A stretch of DNA of 64,000 nt from Candidatus Giovannonibacteria bacterium (GTDB lineage Bacteria; Patescibacteriota; Minisyncoccia; UBA11713; 2-01-FULL-45-33), in the NCBI GenBank assembly GCA_016432405.1, contig CP066687.1:283040-347039 (forward strand), given 5' to 3'. Each line of letters starts with the position of its first letter. Position 1 is the first letter of the stretch. Positions 39,281 through 49,366 of this stretch are shown piece after piece. Made by a program: the position numbers and the translations under genes. The notes beneath the pieces were generated by a model. The model worked only from the letters and a program-made list of their open reading frames with translations. It did not search any database and was not told the origin of the DNA.

Positions 39281-39320
39281 AATTACCAATTAATCCGCTA
39301 TAGCGGATTAATTGGTAATT
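39281..39320. repeat. Perfect 40-bp palindrome
   Basis: AATTACCAATTAATCCGCTA|TAGCGGATTAATTGGTAATT. Confidence 0.9.
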
Positions 39321-39404
39321 TGCTAAGAATTCTGATTTGAAAATTGGGCTCTGGACAAAAATACTATAGTATGCTAGGGTGTAGCTAGAAAAGGAGGGCG
39401 AGCA

Positions 39405-39914
39405 ATGATTGATATTGATAGAGAGCTTGTTGCATTCGTCGTTGAGGCGAAAAAGTATACCTATGCTGCAGCCGAAAGCAAGGAAGAGGTATTGCCAGAT
39501 GGCGGCAGGAAGCTGGTTTTTGAAGCGGACGGGTACATTTATGAAGACATTTACTGCGGCCTTTGCGAATTTTATGGAAGGGAGGTTGCTTATAAAAAAG
39601 ACATCGTCAACCCTCGCAAATGGGTTATGCAGTACTCCGGACTCATCCCGGCTGATCTTAAGCAGCTTGCAGATCCTAGAGAAATCTATGCGGATCTAAA
39701 AGCGGCTTTACGAGAAGTATACTTTGGATTGCCATTTAGGGGCCCGCGGCTTTTTACTGGAAAAAAGTTTGGTTACTTTATGGATGCTCATGGAGATCCA
39801 AACTTTTTCTGGGGACATGAATCTTTAAGAGGCCCCGTTTATGACTTTCGTCAGTCTTTTCGGGAAGAGCTAGTGTACTTCGGCGCCTTTCACGGCATGA
39901 TCCAGCAGGAATAA
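39405..39914 (+). CDS. Hypothetical protein (DUF5680-like)
   Basis: FVVEAKKYTYA, YEDIYCG...GRE and PFRGP; SD AAGGAGG. Confidence 0.7.
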   Translation: MIDIDRELVAFVVEAKKYTYAAAESKEEVLPDGGRKLVFEADGYIYEDIYCGLCEFYGREVAYKKDIVNPRKWVMQYSGLIPADLKQLADPREIYADLKAALREVYFGLPFRGPRLFTGKKFGYFMDAHGDPNFFWGHESLRGPVYDFRQSFREELVYFGAFHGMIQQE

Positions 39915-40020
39915 GAACAGAATAAGGCCCCCGCGGGCCTTATTATTTTTTCTCGGCGCGTTCCACGTATTCGCCGGCTTGCCCCGTTAGAAATTTTATT
40001 TCTAACGGGGTGAAAGGTGT

Positions 40021-40614
40021 TTACATTTTTTCAGCTCTCTCAACATACTCACCAGTCTGTGTATTCACTCTTATCACGTCGCCTTCGTTTATGAACATTG
40101 GCACGTTAAGCGTGAGGCCGTTTTCAAGTTTTACGGTTTTGGAGCCGCCGGTGGCGGTGTCGCCCTTGTAAGAAGGCGGAGCTTCCACAACTTTGTAATC
40201 CATTTTCACGGGCAATTCAATATTAATTATTTTGTCGCCGAATTTATACGCGAGGACTTCCGTGTTCGGTTTTAAAAATTTGGCTTGGTCGGCGATTGCA
40301 CCCTCTTTTAATTGAAAGCGGTTTTTTGGATTTCCTTTTTCGCAGAACCAAAATTCCCCGCCTGCCAGTTGGCGGGCAGGCTTGCGACTTGAATAAAGAA
40401 ATGTTATCGGCTGTTTTTCTATTTCGGCTTCCGAAAAGGAATCGCTTTGCTGGAATGATTTTGATACGATTTTGCCCGTAATCAGGTTTTTTAATTTGGT
40501 CTGTACGGTGGGCTTTCTTTGCTGCATGCGCAAAAAATTGTATTCCAAAACAAGGTATGGCTCGCCGTCCATTTCAAAAACAACCCCTTTGGTTAAATCG
40601 GTATATGAAAGCAT
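40021..40614 (-). CDS. efp: Elongation factor P
   Basis: KLKNLITG, KGDTATGGSK and VPMFINEGDVIRVNT.TGEYVER. Confidence 0.95.
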   Translation of the reverse strand: MLSYTDLTKGVVFEMDGEPYLVLEYNFLRMQQRKPTVQTKLKNLITGKIVSKSFQQSDSFSEAEIEKQPITFLYSSRKPARQLAGGEFWFCEKGNPKNRFQLKEGAIADQAKFLKPNTEVLAYKFGDKIINIELPVKMDYKVVEAPPSYKGDTATGGSKTVKLENGLTLNVPMFINEGDVIRVNTQTGEYVERAEKM

Positions 40615-40639
40615 TGAAAAATAGTGTATATTATTTTCT

Positions 40640-42112
40640 ATGGAATGGCAAATTACGGTAGGCATGGAAGTTCACGCCGAGCTTCGGACCAAAGCGAAGA
40701 TGTTTTGCTCTTCCAAAAACGACCCTGACGAAAAGCATCCGAACATCAACGTTTGCCCGGTTTGCATGGGCCACCCCGGGACCTTACCTGTGATAAACGA
40801 GGAAGCGGTGAAATTGGTTCAGCAGGTTGGCTTGGCTTTGAAGGGAGAAGTCCAAAAATTTTCGCACTTTGACCGTAAAAATTATTTTTATCCGGACCTC
40901 CCGAAGGGATACCAGATTTCGCAATATAAACATCCGTTGGTTTTGGGCGGCGTTTTGAACGGCGTCAGAATCACACGCGCGCACTTAGAAGAAGACGCTG
41001 GCAAATTAATGCACGACCCCAATGGAAAATTCAGCTTAGTGGATTTTAACAGGGCCGGCGTGCCTTTAATGGAATTGGTCACGGAGCCGGATATAAAATC
41101 CGCTAAAGAAGCTAAAAAGTTTGCGGAGGAGCTGCAATTAGTCCTGCAATATCTCGGCGCCTCCGAAGCAAATATGGAAAAGGGAGAGATGAGGTGCGAG
41201 GCGAATGTTTCTGTTGCAAAGGCAACAAGATTGCTACTTGGCAACCCGGTTGCCAAGTCTGTTTTGGGAACTAAAGTTGAAGTGAAAAATCTCAATTCGT
41301 TTCGCGCGGTGGAGCGGGCGATTGAATACGAAGTCCAGCGCCAGATTGGACTTTTGGAGAGCGGTAAAAAAGTGGTGCAGGAGACACGGGGCTGGGATGA
41401 AAACAAAGAGGCGACTTTTTCCCAGCGCTCCAAGGAATCGGCGCACGATTACCGCTACTTCCCGGAGCCGGATTTGCCTCCGATGGAATTTTCGGATGAA
41501 TACATTGAGGCGCTCCGCGCGACGATTCCGGAGTTGCCCGCAGAGAAAAGAAAAAGATTTACGGAGGAATACGGAATAGTAACAAGCTCGGTTGAAACCT
41601 TGGTTAATGAGCGAGCTCTTGCGTCTTTTTGGGAGAAAGTTATTTCTGAATTAAAAGAATGGATGAAGGAAAAAGATTCTAAAAAGTTCTTTGAAGCTAT
41701 GAAAGTGGCGGTTAATTATTTTACCTCTGATTTTCTCGGGCTGATTAAAGAAAAAGAAATTCCGCCGGAAGAACTTTTAATTACTCCGGAAAATTTTGCG
41801 GAATTAATCAAAATGATTTATAAAAAAGAAATTACCTCGCGAATAGCCAAAGATGTTTTGCGGGTTATGATTGAGCAAGGAGGCGATCCATCAACCATCA
41901 TAGAATCCAAGGGGCTCAAGCAAGTAGGGGATGAAAAAGCATTGGAGGAAATTGCCAAAAAAATAATTTCCCAAAATCCGAAAGCAGTTGAAGATTTTAA
42001 GAAAGGCAAACAGCAGTCTCTCCAGTTTCTTGTTGGCCAAATAATGAAAGAAACTAAAGGCGCGGCAAATCCAGAACTGATAAAAAGCGTGTTGACAAGG
42101 ATAATCGGGTAG
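40640..42112 (+). CDS. gatB: Asp/Glu-tRNA amidotransferase subunit B
   Basis: GMEVHAEL, FDRKNYFYPDLPKGYQISQ and DYRYFPEPDL. Confidence 0.97.
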   Translation: MEWQITVGMEVHAELRTKAKMFCSSKNDPDEKHPNINVCPVCMGHPGTLPVINEEAVKLVQQVGLALKGEVQKFSHFDRKNYFYPDLPKGYQISQYKHPLVLGGVLNGVRITRAHLEEDAGKLMHDPNGKFSLVDFNRAGVPLMELVTEPDIKSAKEAKKFAEELQLVLQYLGASEANMEKGEMRCEANVSVAKATRLLLGNPVAKSVLGTKVEVKNLNSFRAVERAIEYEVQRQIGLLESGKKVVQETRGWDENKEATFSQRSKESAHDYRYFPEPDLPPMEFSDEYIEALRATIPELPAEKRKRFTEEYGIVTSSVETLVNERALASFWEKVISELKEWMKEKDSKKFFEAMKVAVNYFTSDFLGLIKEKEIPPEELLITPENFAELIKMIYKKEITSRIAKDVLRVMIEQGGDPSTIIESKGLKQVGDEKALEEIAKKIISQNPKAVEDFKKGKQQSLQFLVGQIMKETKGAANPELIKSVLTRIIG

Positions 42113-42347
42113 ATATACTAGTAAAAGTGCTAGTGTGGTTCGATGGCCTGCGGTTGGCAAACGCAAAGTCCACGGAGATTCCCAGAGGGTACCGACCCAC
42201 CCATCCACAGAGGGCCTAGGCTAGATAGGTGGATGCTGAAAGCCGTAAAAAATCCGTGGCACCGTGGGGAGGGATGGGGACCAGCAGATGGAGGGATTAG
42301 CCCTTTGAAGTTTGCTGGAGCATCCCCATCCCTCCGTAAATATTTTT

Positions 42348-43280
42348 TTAAACTCTTTGTGCAATTTGCAAAGCTTCTTTTTCAGAGGGGATCCAGCGGA
42401 TCTCCTTATTTTTTTTAAACCAAGTCATCTGGCGTTTGGCGTAGTGCCAGGATTCGGTGAGAATGCTTTGCGCCATTTCGTTTTTTGTCAGTTTGCCACG
42501 CAGATAAAGCGACACATAACGATATTCCAGACCTAAATCGTGGAGGCGTTTCCAAGAAACTCCGCTTCGGTGGAGTTTTTTTGTTTCGCGGATAATGCCG
42601 GGCAGGCGCTTTAGAAGCCGCGAGCTGATTCGTTTTTTTAATTCCTCCGGTGGATGTTTGATACCAAGCCATACTATCGCCATTTTATTAATTTTGCTTT
42701 CCTCGCGACCGCCAAGCGGTCCTCGGGGTTGCGTGCTCGCAAAACCCGCAAAATCAACAAAATGTCGCTTTTTACTCCACAAAACAATCTCAATTACCCG
42801 AATCAGCCGCCGGGGATTTTTTTGTTCAATTGTTTTTGCGCGTTTCGGGTCAAGTTTTTTGAGCATTTTCAAAAGTTCCAGAGCAGATTTTTTGGAAAGC
42901 CGTTTGCGGAGTTTTAAATTTGGCGGCACCCCGCCCAATTTTATTCTGCCTAAAGCCGCGTCAATGTAAAAACCTGTCCCGCCGACTATTATCGGAGTTT
43001 TTCCGCGCGATAAAATATCAGCGATTGCGCGCTCCGCGCATTTTTTAAAATCCAGCGCTGTAAATACTTTTTTCGGATTGGCAATGCTCAAACAATAATG
43101 CGGCACCCTGCGCATTTCTCTTTTTGTGATTTTTCCGGAGCCGATGTCCAACCCTTTATAAACTTGCCGCGAATCCGCGGAGATAATTTCCCCATTTATT
43201 TTTTTGGAGAGCATAACCCCTAACTCCGATTTCCCCGAAGCATTTGGACCAACAATTATGATTAGTTTGCGTTTTTTCAT
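42348..43280 (-). CDS. miaA: tRNA dimethylallyltransferase
   Basis: GPNASGKS, SADSRQVY, VGGTGFY and YAKRQMTW. Confidence 0.95.
   Translation of the reverse strand: MKKRKLIIIVGPNASGKSELGVMLSKKINGEIISADSRQVYKGLDIGSGKITKREMRRVPHYCLSIANPKKVFTALDFKKCAERAIADILSRGKTPIIVGGTGFYIDAALGRIKLGGVPPNLKLRKRLSKKSALELLKMLKKLDPKRAKTIEQKNPRRLIRVIEIVLWSKKRHFVDFAGFASTQPRGPLGGREESKINKMAIVWLGIKHPPEELKKRISSRLLKRLPGIIRETKKLHRSGVSWKRLHDLGLEYRYVSLYLRGKLTKNEMAQSILTESWHYAKRQMTWFKKNKEIRWIPSEKEALQIAQRV
42678..42767. repeat. 90-bp MITE-like element inserted in frame in miaA
   Basis: 20-bp terminal inverted repeats (17/20 match); adds about 30 aa. Confidence 0.75.
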
Positions 43281-43315
43281 CACTTTTGCTAGTATTGAAT
43301 CAGGAGGATAGTTAT

Positions 43316-43684
43316 ATGTCAATTAAAAAATTTAAGGTTTTGAACATTCGCTATTTGCCGCTCGGCTTAAGCGATGCCGTAGGCCTGTCTGAATTGGTGC
43401 TGGATGCGCATACAAAAATTTCAACTAAGCGAAGATTTTTTAGGCAGGAACTCAACCACCCGAGGTACGGCCGCCAGCAGCTTGACTACTACCCAAGAGA
43501 ACGTACAGTCGTTGTTGAGTGCTTGGATGTGATCAGCTTCGTGGATGTTCTTGAGAAAACCGGCTTGGCAGGAGAGAAAAGGTGTGTTCCTCAAGCGATT
43601 TTTGAAGAAGCTCTCCGGCAGGCGGCTGTAGAAGAAGAGATTTGGCGCCAAGAACTTGGCGAATTCTGGAAAGCGCCGTCTTAG
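43316..43684 (+). CDS. Hypothetical protein
   Basis: SD AGGAGG 7 nt upstream of the ATG; downstream hairpin. Confidence 0.6.
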   Translation: MSIKKFKVLNIRYLPLGLSDAVGLSELVLDAHTKISTKRRFFRQELNHPRYGRQQLDYYPRERTVVVECLDVISFVDVLEKTGLAGEKRCVPQAIFEEALRQAAVEEEIWRQELGEFWKAPS

Positions 43685-43737
43685 GCAGCTGGAGGACGGA
43701 CAAAGCTTTCGGCGGTCTTTAGAGGAGGCCGCTTTTT

Positions 43738-44922
43738 TTATTTTACCATTTTCAAAAATTCATCAAGAGTTTTTTCGCCCAAATTTCCTTTGCCGCGCTC
43801 GCGCACTGCTACTTTATTTTCTTTCATTTCTTTTTCGCCAATCACCAAAAGATAAGGGATGCGCTGGGTTTCAGCGTCCCTGATTTTTTTTGCGATGGTT
43901 TCATTCCGGCTATCCAGTTCAGCGCGAATGTTTTTTTCTTTAAGTTCTCTGTAAAACTTTTCAGCGTAATCTGAAACCTTATCATTTATTGTCAAAACTG
44001 CGACTTGAGTTGGGGACAGCCAAAATGGAAGCGCGCCGTCAAAGTGTTCCAGCAAAATTCCGATAAACCTTTCAAACGAGCCGAAAATCGCGCGGTGGAT
44101 GATAACCGGGCGCTGTGATTTGCCGTTTTCATCTGTATATTCCAGCTCAAATCTTTCCGGAAGCTGAAAATCCAGTTGCGCGGTGGCAATTGTCCAGACT
44201 CTTCCTTGGGAGTCTTTTATGTCGAAGTGAATTTTCGGCCCGTAAAACGCTCCTTCGCCTTTTAAAATATTATATTTTAACCCCAGTTCGCTTAAAGCCT
44301 CTCTCAATATTTTTTCAGCCTCATTCCATGTTTCTTGGCTGCCCATTGCTTTTTCCGGGCGGGTGGCCAGGCCGTAGTTTACTTTAAGGCCAAGACGTTT
44401 ATAAAACTCTTCAGTCATTTTAAGCACGCTCACAAGCTCTTCTTTGATTTGGTCAAATCGGCAATAAATATGCGCGTCATCCATTGTCATCTGCCTCACT
44501 CTTAAAAGGCCACCTAAAACGCCGGAGAGTTCGTTTCTGTGCAGCCGGCCGATTTCCGCAAGTCTCATGGGAAGATCGCGGTAGCTTCTGATTTTGGTTT
44601 GGTAAACCAAAGCGCTTTCCGGGCAGTTCATTGGTTTTAAGGAGTAGGTTTCGTTTTCCACGTCAAAATAAAACATATTTTCCTTAAAAAATTCCCAATG
44701 GCCGGACTGCTCAAAAAGTTTTTTCTTGACCATGATCGGCGTTGAAATTTCAGCATAGTTGTGGTCATCCTGGAGCTTGCGGATATATTTCTCAAGTTCT
44801 TTTACTATAATCATCCCCTTGGGATGCCAAAAAGGCGCCCCGGGCGCGATTTCATGAAACGAAAATAAATCCATCTCCCGCCCCAAATCCCGGTGGTCTC
44901 TGTGCTTCTTGCTTTCCGGCAT
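43738..44922 (-). CDS. thrS: Threonine-tRNA ligase, short form without TGS/editing domain
   Basis: RDHRDLG, KPMNCP, GLLRVR..MDDAH, GAFYGPKI and HRAIFGSFERF. Confidence 0.96.
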   Translation of the reverse strand: MPESKKHRDHRDLGREMDLFSFHEIAPGAPFWHPKGMIIVKELEKYIRKLQDDHNYAEISTPIMVKKKLFEQSGHWEFFKENMFYFDVENETYSLKPMNCPESALVYQTKIRSYRDLPMRLAEIGRLHRNELSGVLGGLLRVRQMTMDDAHIYCRFDQIKEELVSVLKMTEEFYKRLGLKVNYGLATRPEKAMGSQETWNEAEKILREALSELGLKYNILKGEGAFYGPKIHFDIKDSQGRVWTIATAQLDFQLPERFELEYTDENGKSQRPVIIHRAIFGSFERFIGILLEHFDGALPFWLSPTQVAVLTINDKVSDYAEKFYRELKEKNIRAELDSRNETIAKKIRDAETQRIPYLLVIGEKEMKENKVAVRERGKGNLGEKTLDEFLKMVK

Positions 44923-44967
44923 GCTTTTATGCTAACATTTTTTAAGATTTTGAGGAAGGAGAAAACA

Positions 44968-45261
44968 ATGGCACAAATCGGAAGAGTGATTGGATATTCT
45001 GACGAAGTCCCCGAATACGCCAAAGCCATAGTCATTGATGGTTTAGGAAACTTATCGCGATTCCGCCCGGGCGCTTCTATGCGCATCGGGGGGAAAGCCA
45101 TAGTAGAACTTACCGAAGAATCTGTTCTTAAAAATCTTAAAAAAACCAAAGACGACCTGGTGCTCATTGAAGATTTTTACGACGGCTCTGCGGTGATCGC
45201 GTTCGCAAAACTCGGCAAAATTTCAGAGATTAAACTAAATGATGCCATTGAAACCATCTAG
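44968..45261 (+). CDS. Hypothetical protein
   Basis: SD AGGAGA; fills the thrS-dnaE gap on the opposite strand. Confidence 0.6.
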   Translation: MAQIGRVIGYSDEVPEYAKAIVIDGLGNLSRFRPGASMRIGGKAIVELTEESVLKNLKKTKDDLVLIEDFYDGSAVIAFAKLGKISEIKLNDAIETI

Positions 45262-45277
45262 CCCCACCCAGGGGCTT

Positions 45278-48200
45278 TTAAATTTTCTTAATCTCCTCCG
45301 CAATAATTGAAGGCGCGCCGTTGCGGAAGGAATATTTGCCGCGGATGGCGACGCAGTTGTTTTCCGCAATGTGTTCGGCGGCGTCGCGGAGCGCCCGCGG
45401 GAAAACAACTGCTTCAATCTCGTCTGTCGTATCCTGAAGCTTCAAAAAATACATTGATTCGCCGGTTTTCGTAAAAATCCGGCGCGTTGCCGCGATAAGC
45501 ACGGCCAGAGTCACCGGGGCAGCCGGTCTTTTGTTTTTAAAAACTTCTATGGTAAGAAGATTTTGATTGGCGAGCTTGGCCCGGGCTTTGTCCAGCGGAT
45601 GGCCTGAAATGTAGAGCCCCAAAAGCTCTTTTTCCCAATTCAGTTTTTCATCCAGCGTGGCCGGCCTGGTTTTTTCCAAACGGAGCGGCGGGACGGATGT
45701 TTTGTCGGACATTACGCTAAAGAGCGAGGATTGGCTGGCGGAGGCGGCCTGATGCGAGGATTTGGCGTATTCCAGAATTCTGTCCATATTCGCCAAAATC
45801 TCGTTCCTTTCGCCGAGTTCGTCCAAAGCGCCGGCTTTAGCCAATGATTCAATGGATTTTTTGTTCAGGTCTTTTGATTCAACTCTTTCCAAAAATTCAG
45901 CCAAAGATTTATAAGCGCCGTTCCGTTTCCTTTCGGCAATAATGGCCTCTACTATTCCGGCGCCCACATTTTTAATTGATAGAAGTCCGAAGCGAATCTG
46001 GTCTTCTCCGCCAGCTGGCGGAGGAGCGCCGCCGCTTTTAATTAAAGTAAAATCTTTATTGGAAACATTAATGCTCGGCGGGAGGACCGGTATTTCCATC
46101 CTTTTGCATTCGGTTATTATTTGCCCGATTTTTTCCGTGTCTCCGGCTTCAGCCGTAAGTATGGCGCACATGTATTCTCCGGGATAATTGGCTTTCATAT
46201 ACGCCGTCTGGTAAGCTACCCGGCCGTAGCTTGCCGCATGGGCTTTATTAAATCCGTATCCCTGGAATGGTTCAAATAATTTCCAGATTTTTTCCGCTTC
46301 CTCCTTTTTTATGTTGCTATGCTCCTGGCATCCTTTCACGAAAATTTCATGCTGCCTGGCCATTTCGGCCGGTATTTTTTTACCAACGGCCTTGCGGAAT
46401 TTATCAACTGACCCCCAGTCGTATCCGGCAAGCTCCATGGCCGTAAACAAAAGGTCATCTTGATAAACCAGAATGCCATAGGATTTTTCAAGAAACTTCG
46501 CTACTTTGGGGTGAAAATATGTCACTTTCCGCTCGCCGTGCTTGCGCGCGATATATTCGGGGATATTATTCATAGGTCCCGGCCTGTAAAGGGCGATCAT
46601 GGCGTTAATGTCATGTATGGTCGAGGGTTTGAGATCAGTAAGGTGTTTTGTCATTCCCGCTCCGTTTAACTGGAAAACGCCCTCCGTTTCTCCCCGTGCG
46701 AGCATCGCAAAAGTTTTGCCGTCATTGAATGGAATTTTTTCAATGTCAATCGTTATGTCGCGGTACTTCTGCACCATGCGGACCGCGTTTTCCAAAATTG
46801 CCAAATTGCGGATGCCTAAAAAATCAAGCTTAGTCAGCCCCACGCCGTCTTCGCCGACGGTGTACATATCGTATTGCGTTATCAGGTTATCGGTTCCCTT
46901 CGGGTCGTATTGTATTGGCACGTATTCCACGAGCGGCTTGGGCGCAATTACCACTCCGGCCGCGTGCACGGAAACGTGGCGAACCGTGCCTTCAAGTTTT
47001 TTTGCCGTATCAAGTATCTCGCGCGCTTCCTGGTTATTTTCATAAAATTTTTTCAGCTCCGGCTCAAGCTCCATGGCGTGCTCAATTGTCATCGGAAAGC
47101 CCTGCGAGCCCATCGGTATCAAGCGGGCAATCCGGTCTCCGGTTTCATACGATTTTCCGGTCGCGCGCGCAACGTCCCGCACGGCGCCTCTTGCCATCAT
47201 TGTGCCGAACGTGCCGATTTGGGCGACCTTGTCGGCTCCGTATTTATTTTTGGCGTAGTCAATAACTTCCTGCCTGCGGTTGTCGGCAAAGTCCATGTCT
47301 ATGTCCGGGGCCGAAGGGCGGAAAGGATTTAAAAAACGCTCAAATGGCAGTTGGAATTCCAGCGGGTTTACGTTGGTAATGCCGGAGAGATACGCGACCA
47401 GTGAACCCGCGACCGAGCCGCGAACGGTGGTATAAATTTTTGCTTCCCGCGCGAAACGTATGAGGTCGGCCACTACCAGAAAATAAGTTGAGTATCCTTT
47501 TCCTTCTATTACGCCAAGCTCGTACCGCAAGCGCTCTGTCGCCTCGCGGTCGCCGCGGAGGCCGTGCTCATCTGTCCCTTTTAATGTCAGCTCTTCCAGC
47601 ATTTGGTCGGCCGTTTTTTTGGGTTCCGGGGGGAAATTTGGGAAAATGAATTTGCCCAATGTGAGATTCACGTTGCATGCCTCCGCGATCTCTTCCGTGT
47701 TTTTGACTGCTTCCGGGATATCTTTGAAATATTCATTGGCTTCCTCGGTAGAAATTAAATGATAGTCGCCTCCTTCGGAGAAGATGGCGGTGTCTTCAAG
47801 GTCGGAGTTTGTTGAAATCGCGACTAAGGTTTTATGTGCAAGCTTGTCTTCAGGATGCGGATAATGCGAGTCCTGCGTCGCCGCCAGAGGGACGTTAAGC
47901 GCGCGCCCAAGTTTAATAAGAGCGTCTTTCCATTCGCGGTAATGCGGCATTTCCGGATGGTGCATGATTTCCAAGTAGTAATTTTCTTTCCCGAAAATTT
48001 CACGGTATTCTTTTATCACGGCATCGGCCTTTTCCATGTCTCCGGATTGTATTGCCCGCCCAAGCTCGCCGGCGGGGCATCCGGAGAGCGCGATGAGTCC
48101 CTCCGAATGCTTTCGGAGAAGTTCTTTATCAACTCGCGGCTTGTAATAATATCCTTCCAAGTGCGCGGCCGTCGTGATTCTTATCAAATTTTGGTAGCCG

Positions 48201-48487
48201 GCGTTGTTTTTCGCCAAAAGAGTAAGATGATAGCGCCTGTTGTCCACGTGCGGTTCTTTTTGAAATCTGGAGCGGTTGGCAATATACGCTTCAACTCCGA
48301 TAATCGGTTTTACTCCCTGCTTTTGGCATTTTAAATAAAACTCAATTACGCCGTACATCGCGCCGTGGTCGGTAATTGCGATTGCCGGCATTTTATGCTT
48401 TTTCGCAAGCCGCACGATATCGTCTATCTTGGAAAGGCCGTCCAGAAGCGAGTAGTGCGAATGGGTGTGGAGATGTACGAAGCTCAT
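45278..48487 (-). CDS. dnaE: DNA polymerase III alpha subunit
   Basis: PHP domain HLHTHSHYSLLDG, RGSVAGS, PDIDMDF and YGFNKAHA. Confidence 0.98.
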   Translation of the reverse strand: MSFVHLHTHSHYSLLDGLSKIDDIVRLAKKHKMPAIAITDHGAMYGVIEFYLKCQKQGVKPIIGVEAYIANRSRFQKEPHVDNRRYHLTLLAKNNAGYQNLIRITTAAHLEGYYYKPRVDKELLRKHSEGLIALSGCPAGELGRAIQSGDMEKADAVIKEYREIFGKENYYLEIMHHPEMPHYREWKDALIKLGRALNVPLAATQDSHYPHPEDKLAHKTLVAISTNSDLEDTAIFSEGGDYHLISTEEANEYFKDIPEAVKNTEEIAEACNVNLTLGKFIFPNFPPEPKKTADQMLEELTLKGTDEHGLRGDREATERLRYELGVIEGKGYSTYFLVVADLIRFAREAKIYTTVRGSVAGSLVAYLSGITNVNPLEFQLPFERFLNPFRPSAPDIDMDFADNRRQEVIDYAKNKYGADKVAQIGTFGTMMARGAVRDVARATGKSYETGDRIARLIPMGSQGFPMTIEHAMELEPELKKFYENNQEAREILDTAKKLEGTVRHVSVHAAGVVIAPKPLVEYVPIQYDPKGTDNLITQYDMYTVGEDGVGLTKLDFLGIRNLAILENAVRMVQKYRDITIDIEKIPFNDGKTFAMLARGETEGVFQLNGAGMTKHLTDLKPSTIHDINAMIALYRPGPMNNIPEYIARKHGERKVTYFHPKVAKFLEKSYGILVYQDDLLFTAMELAGYDWGSVDKFRKAVGKKIPAEMARQHEIFVKGCQEHSNIKKEEAEKIWKLFEPFQGYGFNKAHAASYGRVAYQTAYMKANYPGEYMCAILTAEAGDTEKIGQIITECKRMEIPVLPPSINVSNKDFTLIKSGGAPPPAGGEDQIRFGLLSIKNVGAGIVEAIIAERKRNGAYKSLAEFLERVESKDLNKKSIESLAKAGALDELGERNEILANMDRILEYAKSSHQAASASQSSLFSVMSDKTSVPPLRLEKTRPATLDEKLNWEKELLGLYISGHPLDKARAKLANQNLLTIEVFKNKRPAAPVTLAVLIAATRRIFTKTGESMYFLKLQDTTDEIEAVVFPRALRDAAEHIAENNCVAIRGKYSFRNGAPSIIAEEIKKI

Positions 48488-48562
48488 GTTGCCATTCTAG
48501 ACAAAAAAATTGCGATATGCTAGCTTGGGTTTAGGAAAAAAACTAGAGGGAGGGTCTAGATT

Positions 48563-49003
48563 ATGGATACTGCGAGGATAGTGGAAGTGAATACCGCGGC
48601 GCGCTCGCCTGAAGAAAGGCGACAGCTTTTTGACAAAATAAGAAATCAGCGTGATCCAGAAGCTTTCTGGGTTCTTTATGAACTCTATTTCGGCGATATG
48701 TGGGCGAAAGCGTTCCACTCACAGGAACGGAAAGCGATGCAAGAAGTCGTGCTCAATTTACTTGATTGCGTACTGGATGATTTCAAAAATAAAGATCAGC
48801 GCAGGGCCGCAGCATTTTTAGAGGCCACTATGCCGTTTTTACAGAATTCCGATCTTTTTCGGCTGGATTTGGTGGCGGTCAGCAAAATAGCAGACGCGCT
48901 GGCTGGCGAGCGCGATGCCAAAATCCATGATTCTCTAAGCAGAGTTCTCGCCGCCATAAAAGAGCGTTATCAGAAAGCGCAAGCAAAGAGCGAACCTGAA
49001 TAG
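48563..49003 (+). CDS. Hypothetical alpha-helical protein
   Basis: SD GGGAGG and a TAGACA...TATGCT promoter. Confidence 0.6.
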   Translation: MDTARIVEVNTAARSPEERRQLFDKIRNQRDPEAFWVLYELYFGDMWAKAFHSQERKAMQEVVLNLLDCVLDDFKNKDQRRAAAFLEATMPFLQNSDLFRLDLVAVSKIADALAGERDAKIHDSLSRVLAAIKERYQKAQAKSEPE

Positions 49004-49036
49004 CTATTGTCAGATTATGGAAGGAGGAGTAATGTT

Positions 49037-49366
49037 ATGGCTCGCATTATTATTTCAGCGACTATCGTTTGGCTGGTTGTCGGCATAGCTAGTCTTTATT
49101 TTCTTGACGCCAAAGAAGAATCAGACAAAGAAGACAGAGCGTTCCTTGATTTATGGAGGAAGCGAGGCAAAAACTCTCAGGCCAGCTGGAGCGACAAGGG
49201 CATGATTTGGGTTCTCAATCTTTACGAGTTGTTCGGGGTATTAGTTGGCCCGCTGGTTCTTTTGAAGACTTGCCGTTTTATCTTGCGATCATTTGCCGTT
49301 AACCTCGTTTCTTCCAGGCCTTTTCGCGCCACGTTTTTGGGTTTAGGGCTACTCCTTTTAGGGTAG
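49037..49366 (+). CDS. Hypothetical membrane protein
   Basis: SD AAGGAGG; two to three hydrophobic segments. Confidence 0.6.
   Translation: MARIIISATIVWLVVGIASLYFLDAKEESDKEDRAFLDLWRKRGKNSQASWSDKGMIWVLNLYELFGVLVGPLVLLKTCRFILRSFAVNLVSSRPFRATFLGLGLLLLG

Noticed and set aside
42126-42335. RNase P RNA, suggested by AAAGTCC
   Set aside because: The GAGGAAAGUCC context and the 3' ACAGAA..CGGC consensus are absent; kept as an unassigned ncRNA candidate.
43738-44922. Short thrS as a pseudogene
   Set aside because: The catalytic and anticodon domains are intact with a leaderless promoter; loss of the editing domain is known in reduced genomes.
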